From: Patellaria atrata CBS 101060
Taxonomy: Eukaryota
Assembly (NCBI GenBank): GCA_010093705.1
Contig: MU006104.1
Location: 248,001 to 312,000, forward strand
Reading direction: 5' to 3'
DNA: 64,000 bases
Part shown: piece by piece, positions 22,869 to 35,416 of the stretch
How positions within the stretch are numbered: position 1 is the first letter of the stretch
Layout: every line of letters starts with the position of its first letter
The notes under the pieces: generated by a model
Databases searched by the model: none
The model's input: only the letters and a program-made list of their open reading frames with translations
What the model was told of the DNA's origin: nothing
Program-made: the position numbers and the translations under genes

Positions 22869-25800
22869 ATGGTTCTCGAAGCTCTCGTTGCGGTAGGCCT
22901 CGCCTCGAACGTGGTTCAGTTTATCGAATTCGGCCACCGGCTTATATTCGAGTCTCGCAAAATCTACACCGAAGGAAGTGGCTTACTAGAAGAGCACGCC
23001 TCGAACACGTTGCTCGAGATTTCCGAGAATTTAGCTCCAAACTCCATGCTTCACTGGAACAGTTGGGCTCCACAACCCAGACAGGCGCAAACACGGAATG
23101 TACATCTACAGCTATCGGTCTCGGGCAAGAGCAAGACTTGAAGGCTTTATTGAGGAGCTGTACAGGTATTGCCGACGAGCTGCTATGTACTATCAGCAAG
23201 ATCAATATGAAGGACTGTCAAAGACGAAAGGGGAACAGTTTTTTTAAGGCGATTCAGGCCATCTGGAACGGCCAGAGAATTGGGGAATTACATCAGAGAT
23301 TGCATAATGTTCGGAGCAAAATCACGTTTCGTCTAATCGGAGATTTAAGGTCAGTAAGCTTATTGCACTTGTTGCGAGTACATCGTACCATGTTTCGTAA
23401 GCTGCTAGACCGAATACTGTCCATCCTCAGCTGAAGTGTAAGGTATCATGAGATGGCCCATACATCCTCGAGCATAATGAACTTCGAGAGTGTAGTTCGA
23501 TAACAATCATGTTATAAAGTAGCGAGTCTCGTTAAGCAGGCGTTGAGTTCATGCCCTTAGCAGAAGGAGATACGCACATGATATCCCTTCTAAGATGTCA
23601 AACTGACACGGATCTGTAGACGCGAACAGAAAGAGACTGACCGGTTTCTATTTTAGTTACATGATGAAAACAAGCTTGCTTATCAAGAATGCTCCCGCCA
23701 AATGAGCAGTTGCGTGGACGCTATCAAACACCTTGAGGAAAAAGTCCCAAGGGGACCAGAGCATACTACTAAAGAACAACTTGATGCTATTCTAAGAGAA
23801 ATATTGCAATCGAAAGATGAGTTGGTACGGCCAAGAAAAGAACATAAAATTTTGTAATCACTCCGTTTTAAGAGCATGCATGACCGACACTATAAAGTTC
23901 ACGAAGCACACTCCAAGACGTTCCATTGGGTCTTCAAGATTTCACTACTACCGACAACTGATGTACGTTCTCGAATGAAATTCACAAGATGGCTTGAAAC
24001 AGGAGATGGTGTCTACTGGATCTCCGGAAAAGCAGGTTCAGGCAAGTCAACATTTATGAAGTACTTATATGGTGCAAGGGAGACGAGAGAGTTGCTAGAT
24101 CAGTGGTCCCACAGATACAAACTCGTCTTCGCGAAATTTTTCTTTTGAATTGCTGATACTCCGATGCAAAATTCTCAGCGAGATTTGCTGCAATCATTAC
24201 TATTTGAAGTTCTCTCTGCTCAACACGATATGATACCTTGGATTTGTCTTATCCGGTGGGATAAAAGCTCCTTGCTATCAACTGAACCATGGACTTTATC
24301 TAAACTAAAAGCCTCGTTCGGGGGATTAGCTGAAATCGACTCATTAGAGACCAAGTTCTGCTTTTTTGTAGACGGTCTAGATGAGTACAATGGCAATCAT
24401 TTGGATATAATCGATGCTCTTGGTGACATAGCGACTTCAAAAAACTTCAAACTATGTGTGTCAAGTCGTCCCTGGAATTGTTTCGAGGATGCATTTGGTC
24501 AGAGTACAGAGAAAAAGTGCTACCTTCAAGAGATGACTCGGAATGATAGAGAGCTATGCACGAGCCAAGCTCACTACTGGCACGTGTACGAAATCGTACT
24601 CGCCCACCACGAATGAAGTCCCCATCAACCAACTGATCTATGAGATTGGCGACAGAGCACAGGGTGTATTTCTATGGGTTACCTTGTTATACACTCACTT
24701 TGTACTGGCATCTCGAACGGTGATAAATCAACTTTACTACGAGAAAGGTTTCTTAGTCTTCCGAGCGATTTAGAAGATTTTTTCAGGCACATGATCAATT
24801 CCGTGGAACTCATCTATCGCTCACATATGGCAACAATATTATTGATCCTACTTCATTGGAAGTCATTAAGACATTTGACCTGCTTCTCTTTGGAGGTTGA
24901 AGGCTTGCGAGACGAGGAGAAGATAATTTGACGCATTATGTCACCTATTGTCTACACCAGGATAGGAGTCTTCTTAAGCGACAGTCTCCTTACGTACTTC
25001 CTCTATTTCTAACAGTATTATCACAGATTGGATCATACCCTGGAGAAGATACCACGGATCGAAGCGAAATAGTATTTGTTTAATTGAAATACGGGGCGGA
25101 TCCCAATGAAGTTTTAGATAACACGACCATTGCTTGCATCTTCATTAAAGGCTTGCTATCAAACAATACAGTGAGTTACTATCGAGGACTCGTAGTAACT
25201 GATGTGCTTCCATCACTACGTTTATTGTTCCTCCACGGAGCTGATATAACTGGGCTTCTCAACTCTAGATTCAAATTTGATAGTACTGTCCCCAGCTAAT
25301 CTAAAATTTTCGGAGGCTGGGGGACGATTGTCCCGTGCCTTTTTGGTCACGGACTTGGTCCAAACCAAATGATAGAATGGCAACTCATTATGGGAATGCG
25401 AACTCCTCCGGTTACATGATACTGGTCCTTAACTCTTCTCTCTTCAACTTGAACTCACCAGCTTTTACTGTCATCGAGCTATTCCTTCTTTACGGAGCTG
25501 ACCCCTTTCTACGTCTACATAGCTCAATGGACGTCTCCGAAATCGTTACCAATTTATTCCTTCCCCCCGTGGCGGAACAACTCATGGGATATCTACAACG
25601 CGAGAGACAAGCCAGGGATTCCAGACCTTTACCGCCATCCGTCGGAAAAGCAAGTGACTCGACGGCTTCGGCCCGCGAAGATATATTTTCTAATCCAAGA
25701 TTTGACGGGAAACGACATCCTAATGGTAGATACTTTGATCCCGCTTACCTTCGCAAATCCCAAAACGCGAAATCACGCGGGACATTCGGAGCTATACCAG

Positions 25801-25919
25801 GAAGGAAGTCTACTACCAACTCTAATTCCACCACTGGTATAAGAAAAGCTGTGGTCAAACGGAAAGTAGTAAGGGATTTTCCACCTAATTGGGCATGGGA
25901 CCTATACCAGACTCAATAG
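22869..25919 (+). pseudogene. Disabled fungal NLR-like NACHT NTPase with SesA/HeLo-like N-terminus
   Basis: MVLEALVAVGLASNVVQFIEF N-terminus, Walker A GVYWISGKAGSGKSTFMK, Walker B FCFFVDGLDE, KLCVSSRP, AQGVFLWV and C-terminal GADP motifs. Intron 23350-23619. Frameshifts at ~22999, ~24548 and ~24685; stops at 23654, 23855 and 24146. Confidence 0.88.
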
Positions 25920-27559
25920 GTAGGCACCGCGGCGAAGACTCAGTAAATGTACGGGTTTTGAAAGGTTGCATTCTCCGTACCAAATCAATGTTTAGTGCAA
26001 TTGTACCCGAAGCAGGAATCAAACCGCATGCTTGATAGCCTACAGTAAACACACGATACAGAGAAGCGTTGACTTTGACTGAGGAGGGAGGGATTAAGGT
26101 TCTCTTCTTTACCTTAGGTAGAGATTTTGTATCCTTTGCTAGAAAGAACATCGTACACTCTTAGCATATCAACTTATCCCATAACATCTAAAAATGCCAC
26201 CACAGCCTTAGCAGTAGATCAATGGGGGTGTCTAAAGTCGTCTTCCAGTTCGTGCACTGGATCTTCGACTGGCCCAGAGACACAGTAGAGAAAATAGGGG
26301 AAGTTCTAACGTCGATGGGTGGCAAAAATTCTACAACACCAGAAATCCAATGTGGTCGATTGGAACACGACAGGCCGCCCAGGCTATGGTAGCATGTTCA
26401 GGTGCTTATAGGATAGGTATATCTAATATGTTACGCTTAAACCTAGTACCACTACCTCGCGGATGAGAGATGCGATATGCATCCACCTCACGGGACACTC
26501 GATCCGTTCCCCTAACTAGACCGGTAGGGGGCCCCTCTGGATTTATCAAAGGAATAAATGCTATCCCAGACCCAAGCAAAGGAAAAGGAGAAAAGGACCA
26601 AGTCCACTCTCCGGCGCGGCTCTGCTTGAAGAACTTCCTCCTATATCTCAGGAGAAATTCGCCGGCTTGCTGTGTGTTCGATGTTTGGACATTGGATACT
26701 AAGTGCTCCAGACCGCTCGCAGATATACGTAGCCCATATAATCCGGCCCTCCGTTCGGTCTCGAAGGCGTATGTACGGCCTGAACGTTTTCTACCATACA
26801 GGCGGAAGTCGCGGGTCCTGTTAGGGAAGGTACGATACATCCTAAGGCAATCATACCTTATCCCACGCCTGTCGGATTCGGCGCTCCCGGGTAACCGTAC
26901 ACTTTCCGTCCGTATGCATGAATGTCTCCACGTACGGCTCACGGTCACGTCTCCCATGAGGTTATACCAGCAAAACCGGGAGAGCTGGTCGACGTAAGCT
27001 TACGGTTGGCCAGGGGACAAGGTCGGGGAGAAGAAGAGTTTCCTTATAACTTCAGGCATATGTCTGAACTGTACATGACAAATTCCACTACTTGAATCGA
27101 CACTACCCTTTAAGGTGACTTGCATCCTCATTCTATGGCAGCGACGACCTACAATACCTTACACTATTCATAACCCGAACCTGGGACACGCACTTTACAC
27201 TCGAACCTTCCGCTTTCACGTACTTACTAACATACCGTAGTCTCATTGTAAACAGCCTATCTACCGAGCTTACCTAACCTAGCCGCCCTAGCCAAAGAAC
27301 AAAAGGGAAATAGGAAGACAAGGATAATGAAGGGAAGGGAGTATAAGACGGATATGAAGAAGACTGTAGGAAAAGGGGGAAAGGTTGGAAGAATTTTGCA
27401 GAATCATACAGGCATACAACCGCACCAAAGTAAAGCAGAAGCAAAATATGGACATAGGAAAAAATCAAAGAAACCGCCGTTTGAAGTGAACAGTGAAATG
27501 CAGTCAATGACAACTGTAGCCACCCGACACCTCATATCCTTTTAACTTTTGTGCACCCT

Positions 27560-29466
27560 CTAAAAGTCCCAAAAGCTCCCGCTCCCCTTCATCTCCGCCT
27601 TCTTGCCCTGACCCTGTCGCTGATCCCTCACTGGCGTGACGTCCTCGCCTCCACTGTCATCTCCGAATCCCCAGTTCCTGCTCGCGCCCTTCGCGCCTCC
27701 CATGCCATCACCCTTCGTCTTGTACCCTTGACTGGGATTCCACTTGTTCACATTCTCCTTCTTAGCATCCTCTGGTGACTGATCGTAATGTGACCATGAC
27801 ACATCCATACTGTTGTGCGCTTTCTTCTTATCCTCGCCGATCTTCTTCGCTCCGGTGGTGTTGCCATTCTGCGGTTCGGCGCTGGTAGTGCTGACGTTGC
27901 CATTACTCGGGACCGGTTTATGATTCGCGGTAGTGATGAATTTGACTTCTGCGGGCGAGTCGTCTCGCATTTCCCAATGCGCGCCAAAGTCCTTGCGCCG
28001 GTTTTCGTTGTTGATGACGCTCTTGAGGGGTTGTTGCTTGTTGCTCGGAGTAGCTTCCGCGTCGGCATCGTCTGGATCATTGCTTGTGACGTGGTCTTTG
28101 TACAAGCCGAGACCTTCGTTGTGAGAGCGGCCGCGAACCGCGGGTGGCTTCTTCTCACCCGCCGGGGTCCCGTCGTCGAGGAAGTCAAAATGCGCTTTCG
28201 AGTCGGGTCGGGCATGGTGCACAACTGGACGTTTGATGGGGGATTCCTCAACCTGCCGTAGTCTGATATTAGTGTTTGTCTGATATAGAGAAAGGTTCGT
28301 GAAGTTGCGTACCTCGTCGTCACTCCAGCCGAAGTGGCGCACATCTTGACCACGAACCTTGGGAGCAGTTTTATCGGGGATAGCGAAGTCTTCGAACTTC
28401 CATTGCGATGCATGCTTGCTAGCTTTGGAAACCAACTTATCTTTCTTTGCAGGAGCAGCGTCCTCACCCGTGCCAAACTCGAAGTGATCGTATCTATTTG
28501 GATTGGTCTTTATGCCACCTTCGGCTTTTGCTTTGGGAGTATCTGGTGATTCTTCTTCCTCGAATAAACGAACAGGCTGAAAGTTCTTACCCGCGCCAGA
28601 CTTAGCTGGGATCCTCTCCTTAGCAGGGGACGGGCTCTTCATGCGGGCTTCCGGAGATAGGTCAGAATCATTGGAGGCGAAGAGTTCGTGATAATCGCGC
28701 GGTGGTGGTTTAGCTGACTGTCTCGGGGCGACTGAAGGTGATCGGGCGGTATAATCTCTGTCCTCATCGACATCACGCGGCTGGAAGAGTGATAGACTCG
28801 CGTGAGGGTCTCTTGTAGCGCTTACAGTGCTAGTCCTGCTTCTGCTGGAGCGTTCTGAGACGTCATCACGGGATGCGCCCGTCGGCCTTCGAGAAGGTGC
28901 AGTGGAGGATGCGGTGGTAGAAGACTGTTGAAAAGATGCGCTACTTGAAGCGATCAACCGTGCCATATCTTTGCCATCTCGTATCGGCCAATTCTTTGCG
29001 CGTGAGCCAATCACATCAATCTGTTTGAGTAAAGATCCTTGGTCCCATTGACAGCGGATCGTTCGAATCTTCTTGTCCTCGTCGAAACTGACAATGTGGG
29101 TCTAAAACGATATTCGTTAGCCCTAGACCTCCCTAACATCAAGAATATCCGTCTTACGATTGGGAAAACAGCAGTTTTATCAGCAAGGAAGTTGTCGTCG
29201 AGCCCGGGTAGATATGCACCTCCTCCATTGATGAACTCCAAGGTCGTCTCAGTTTCCAGGCATAACGCGTTCTGAGCCTCAATCGTGTTCAAAACCCTGT
29301 CTCCCTTTCTATTCAGAAGTTTTGTTTGAGCCCCAAAGTGCTTGATGATTGCCGTAGGATCATTGATGGTCGTAAGAGTCGTGAGATAACTTAATGTAGC
29401 CTTATCCGACAGAGCATCGGCTGTCGGATTTCCTAGAAATCGTAAATATACCTCACTAAGAGTCAT
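27560..29466 (-). CDS. Conserved fungal protein: N-terminal NTF2-like domain plus long disordered tail; 3 exons
   Basis: ETETTLEFINGGGAYLPGLDDNFLAD...THIVSFDEDKKIRTIRCQWDQGSLLKQIDVIGSRAKNWPIRDG. Introns at 29102-29157 and 28253-28312. Ends in SFWDF. Confidence 0.85.
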
Positions 29467-30574
29467 GATCGCAGCTCCTAGTATATGACTCGTGAAATAC
29501 GTTCGGACGCGTAGGTTCGTAAGTCGTATACAAAAGCGTGTAGAATATCTAAGAAATTGCGTTTGTTGTTGTTAATTTGATGTTTATGCGGGGGGAAGAG
29601 GTGGGAGGTTTGCGCGTGTTGATGACGAGGAAAAATTGTCCAGGTAAGTTTTGTTGAATGTAAACAAAAAAGGGGGATTCAAATGAAGAGGAGAGCTGCC
29701 TGAGCTGTGGATTGAATGTGAATGGTCCGAAGGGATGATTTGGATGAATTGAAGGACGCGCTTTCCATGGGCTTCAGCCTGCTTTGATGTTGGAAGGTTG
29801 GCAGACGGGATGAGGCTTGAGCTTTGGTGTTTGGTGTTTGTTGTTACGAGTTACGACAGTTCATGGTTGCCCCTGCGTAAGCGTTCCCCCGCCAAAAGTG
29901 CCACCTTGTGCCAAAAATGCCACACGAGTGCCAAACCTCTTCCCGCAAGGAAGTTCGGCACACGCCTTTCGTATGTACTCCTAACAACGGAAAATAATGT
30001 CCTGAAGTATACAACAATAATATCGTAAACGAATACTTGTATATTACCTACCCACGCTACCTAGTATCTTGATCTTTCGCTTACAGGGAGGTACTATACC
30101 ATATGCATCTCTATAATACCCACACAACGTTCATATCAAAATCAATTGACCGTACCACCGGGTCGATATAGTACTCTGCAGTTCTAGAAAGTATGTGCCC
30201 TATGTCCGAATTATTTGCTGCACAGTACAGTACATGCAAAATGCATGTGACAAGACAACGCCCTCTCCGCAGGCCCAAATTCAGGCCCGTTGTTGTGCGG
30301 CCAGCTACTGTTTCACGATGCTGGATCATATGTTGAGGACCCATATAAAGCCCGTCAGCAACAAAACAAAACATCACTACAAAGACAGAGCATGTGGGGT
30401 ACTGTAACAGCCTGAATTAAAGGAGTTTGACCGCTCAAATCCTATGACAACATCAACCTAGCCTCCCCCGTTGTCTACTACAACTATGGGAGGAGAGACG
30501 CTATGATAGATATGTAAATACACATTGAAGACTGAAGAGACCACCATTAGGTTCGTGAGATATTAATGTAGCTT

Positions 30575-32258
30575 TCATTTCAGTTCTGCAGCCCGCTCTG
30601 CATCAAAGCATGTCTCCCAGCAGAGAACTTCGCTGGGAAAGTCTCGCTCAACGCTGGGCCTTTCTCTCACAAACCATGCCAGTGCAGCTCCCACACCGCC
30701 AAATAGCACTAAACCCGTCCAGAGTGCGTAGTTAGTTGCAGCAACGCTGTAATCATTGCTGAGATAAAAGCTCGCACCGCTGACTGCAACAGCTAGTGCT
30801 TTGAAGAGGTTCGCTATTTGCATTAGTCCAACCACGGTGCCTGCGGAGTATGCATCTGGTGTTGCGTTGAGCATGAGGAGTCCCACAATGACTGAGGCAC
30901 TTCCAGTCAAAGCGTGCTTAACGAATATAGATATTGTTGACACAAAAGCTGTGAGCATTTCAGAGCAGCCAAAGAGAAACACTAGGACCGGCGTAATAAT
31001 GTACAGTGCCGGGAAAATTATCGACAATGAGCGGTAGGGTTTGAGTAGGCCAAGTTTTGTAATTGCATACGGGATAGTCTTGAGGATTGCAAGACCTGCA
31101 ATGGCACGTACGAGAAGGACGATGAGTCCTAACCAGGAACAAGGGATTCCCATGCCGCCGTGCTGGGTACTTCCATGGCCGATGTGAGGAAGTAAAACAT
31201 CGAAAATGGATGCCTGAAGTGATAGCAAAGAGAAGGAACCAAGGAGAACGAGGAGGGATGGAGCTTGAAGGAATTGATTAATAGTGATTGGTTCTGGGCG
31301 GCTATATGAGTAGTCGAAGACTCGAATAGTGAGTGCGTCATCATCCTCTGAGTATTCTTGTCCAAGAAAGGCAGCTTTCTCATAATCCATGCTTGGTGAG
31401 TCTGTTCGAGATGGTTGTGAAAGAGATGGCAGAGTCTGTAAGCATCGTTTTAGCCCTATGTCAAGTATGACAATTCTAAAGATCATACCTCGTCGAGAAT
31501 TACGAAGCTCACAACTGCGATAATAAGCACCAAGCTGCCACAAGCAATCTGACTGCTCAGAGTTGGATATTTTTCCCAAATTGCACCATAGTCTCTTAGA
31601 CTACCGGACACCATACCTTGAGCCAGTGGACCTACAGATCCGCATACAGCAATGAGGGGTAGTTTGGCAACATTGATAGCTCTGTCAGCAGGTGTTTGAC
31701 TGACGTCCCCGATCATCGTCAGTACGGTGACTACTACAGAGGAGCTTACGAGTCCTGCGAAGAACCGAGCAATGGTGCAGGAGATAATGCCAGTTTCGAA
31801 ACCCATCAGGAGGCAGCAAACGAACATGCCGAAAAGTCCAACCAAAGCAACAGGTCTACGGCCTATCCTGTCCGATAGACGTCCCCATAGTATTCCAGCA
31901 GTCCCGCCAAAAGCATAGGCGCAGTCAAGGATACTACGAAGGTATGATGTTGATAGATTGCCGCAGTAATCGTCGTTTGATATGAGCATTCTTAATTGTG
32001 GTTGCAAACTGGAGGCCATAATCCTATATAAATATTAGCCCAGTAACTTTATATTGTGATATTGTCGCTTCCCTACGCTTCGGCAAGAAAGATGATGTAA
32101 ATGAGGGTCAATTGGCTCTTCTTCGGTGCTTCAATGGCCATTTCTAAATCCTCAATGTCCTCCACCTCGTCCTCATCAACAACAATAGGAACTTTGTCAT
32201 ATTTCCCCAAATCTTTCACTGGTATTAGTGACCTCGTGCGTCTGTGGAAGCCGAGCAT
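30575..32258 (-). CDS. Major facilitator superfamily transporter; 3 exons
   Basis: MFS motif A WGRLSDRIGRRP, IARFFAGL and multiple hydrophobic helices. Introns at 32024-32076 and 31436-31488. Confidence 0.88.
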
Positions 32259-33390
32259 ATTGATAGTCGTGTGTAAATAGGGATAGTAAGGATTTTATGT
32301 ACGATAGGGTTTAATATCGTCGTTGACTGCGTACCAGCGCAGGATGTGTCTGTACTTTATAATGATTGTGGAGGTCAAGAAGACCGATATGGTAATGATT
32401 GAGAATGAGTGATAAGAAAGCCTGACAGGACAATCAAGAGAGTGTAGGTGCACCTCTGGTAGACTTCCGTCCCCAGAACTCGAGGTGCTTCGAGGAGGTT
32501 GAAGTCAAGACAACGTTGAGAGGGGGGTCAGGAAATTGAGGATAACTGATGGCTGATGCTATTCGGCGGCAAGGATATCCGACTTAGTCCGAGTTAGGTT
32601 AGCAGAGACATTTGTTACTCGATTGGTCTACGCTAGTTTCAAGCTTAGCTAATTCGAGACAAACTAGGTTCAGTCGTCCAATGAAAACCACGTGCTGCCA
32701 TGCTTGTCCTCACCCTGAGACAACTTGACAGGAATATCGTGGGGTACTCTATAACCAACAACAACGGATTCAGAGTGCCTGTCTTTTCTTACAGAAATAC
32801 CGTACCGTATTTATAATCGAGATCATGAGCAGTACAATATCATTCGACTATACATATAACCTACTTTCTTCTCTCTGTGTCGCGCAATATAGCACATATC
32901 ATACGGAGTACAATAATATCCTTCGTGGCATGCCGTTCTCGGGATACTGTTAGCTCCTGATATCATATCAAATCGCATAGTCGTTGCACAGATCATAAAT
33001 ATCGTAATGTGAAGAGTAAAGAGGTATTATTGAGAAGTAAATCATGGTAGGATAAAACTTCAATCTATCACCACTCTAGTTTTCCGCAACCAATGCATTC
33101 CTCCCATATGCTCAGTTGAAATTTCAATCAACTCATGAAGCCATTGCTCCATCTGTGGTATCATACATGCAACACCTTGACGCCCTGCTAAAGTGTAGTG
33201 GGTATTGGAAAAAGCAAATGAAATCCCATCGTACAGTCAATCAATCGTTATATCCCACAAAATCTGGGATCAAGGAGGGGGGTGAAGAACAAAGTAAAGG
33301 GGTAGACGGATCAGAGCTTTTGTGAAGATGACAGGAGGTAATATTTAGTGCACCGTTGAACATATTTTTTTGCCGTAGAAGTGTAAACAA

Positions 33391-35416
33391 TCAATGGCCT
33401 CCCTTCACTTTGGAAAGGAACCACTTGAGTCCACTTTGACGTTTTGGCGGGAGGGCAAACGCACCATGGCCTCCGGTATCATCGTCAACTTCCGGTGGAA
33501 GATCTTCTAAGGCTAAAGCATCAGGCTCCTTCTGCCATCCGTAAAGAGCATCATCATCGGCACGCAGATCCGAAGGCGTTAATGTCATGCGAAGAGTCAT
33601 CTCGCGGTTTTCCAGGGCACTACTTAGCAAGCTCTGCTTCTTGTCAATATGGGCAGGTCGCTTGGAAGTTTGAGAATTAAGAGATGGGGTATTCGACATG
33701 TGTAGACGATTTAGGCGAAACACATCGTCAGCGACAGCAGGCGTAACAGGACTGTCCTCCGGGTAGCTACTGCTGTCATCAGCCGACAATTCATCCTCCT
33801 CATTGTCGTCAAGAAACAACATGGAATCGTCCTTCAAGAAAGTGTGAACGTCATTGCTGAAATTTGTGGCGTCCGCTCCCATGTTGAGCGTGAGTTTCGG
33901 TGGGCCTTCGTCCTCTAACATTGGAAATCCATATGCGACTACCTCTTCGAAACCTTGGTTTGAGGTGAGATAAGTTCTGACTTTACGCCTAGCTTTAGGA
34001 TCTTGGTAATGCTTTGTGTCGGCTTCTGAGTTGACCATGGTTGCGTTTCGGGGGAGAGCATTAGAACCTGCTCGAGATCTCGCGGGAAACGGTCGTTGTG
34101 CAGAAGTCGGAGTGGGTGGAACCGGTTGTGCTGACGATGTTGACGTTCGTGAAAAGGGTATTGATGTCAAGGAAAGGTTGCGGCGGAAGGATGACCTGCG
34201 AGGATGACTTTCTGGTCGCTGCTCCTGTATCGACATGTCTGTGGAATCGTCAGGCCTATCGAAGAAGAATTGGTTTAGGAAATCGGAGGCGTCGTAACGA
34301 TTATCGAGGGAACTAGTGGAATATGTTGCTGAGGCTATGTGGTCCTGGAATGTGAATTCGGCCTCCCTTACACCACAATCTTTACGAGTCTGATATTTTG
34401 GGTCCTTGCTACGAATCTGATCTCTTGGTTCGTTATGAAGATGATCTCTTGAGTCCCTGTTACGACTCTCAATACCTAAGTCCTTGGACTCAGTTTTGTA
34501 AGCACCTGCAAGCTTTGCTTGCTCTTCCTTTGAGAATTGGGACTTTTGAATTTTCTCTGGCAGGCAGTGAAACTGGTATCGGGCCTCGTCAGCAAGACGA
34601 AGGCGCTCGAGAGGAGAGTAGAAACTTGTTCTGCGGTTATTAAAGAGATCAGCGTAGGTTATACTTTATTGAGGGATATAGCCGTATGCAGGAACAGCAC
34701 ACGGATTTGTGAGAAAGACGCATGGGCGGCGGCTCGCATGGATGCAGTCGAGAGCTTTGGAGAGTCAAGTAGCAACAAGACTGTCAAAGTTCGACATGCG
34801 ATCTTCATGCAGGAGAAACGAAGTGCGTTATTGACCGCCAATTTAGTTCAACGCTTGCATGGTTCTGGTATAAGCGAGCACGGCGGGGGGAAGGGGCCCT
34901 TGGATGTTTCTTGCCCAAGACAGAACCCAAGGAAAAGTTAAAGGAAGTAACGACTTGTAGTGGGATAGCTCCGATGACCCAGGGATCCCGATCTTCGAAA
35001 ATAAAAAAAAATAAAAAAAAGAAAAAACATAAAACGTACTGTATTTTAGCAGGGAGCACTTCAAATACTTTCGCTTCCGAATTCATCAGTCCCCCTTCCG
35101 CAGCTATCAGTTCCGCTAAAGTTGAGTGCTCCGGTTCTAGTGGCTTCATTATCATGCCGGTGCGCACCGCAAGTGAGCTGAGTGACTGGAGTGACGACGA
35201 GGATCGTAAACCCAAGGGTTTATGTGATAGGCCCTCAGATTGGCCGAGCTGTGCCCTCAAATATAACGAGTTCTTTTTACGGAGCTGACGAAGAATAGAA
35301 GGAGGGAGGGGTGCAAAACCTCCAGTTGATAAAGACAACACGGATGACTTTGATTTCAGATTGTTCTTGTTCGGTGCAGCAGCTGGCCGCACCAATTTGC
35401 CGTTGTTGCCATACAT
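33391..35416 (-). CDS. Conserved fungal low-complexity hypothetical protein; 2 exons with a 409-nt intron
   Basis: Intron 34631-35039 (GTACGT...CTGAT...CAG) joins LPAKIQ to TSFYSPLERL, and the frame stays open into the 33391-34236 ORF. Conserved-looking blocks HYQDPKARRKVRTYLTS...YGFP and REMTLRMTLTPSDLRADD..LYGWQ. Confidence 0.75.
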
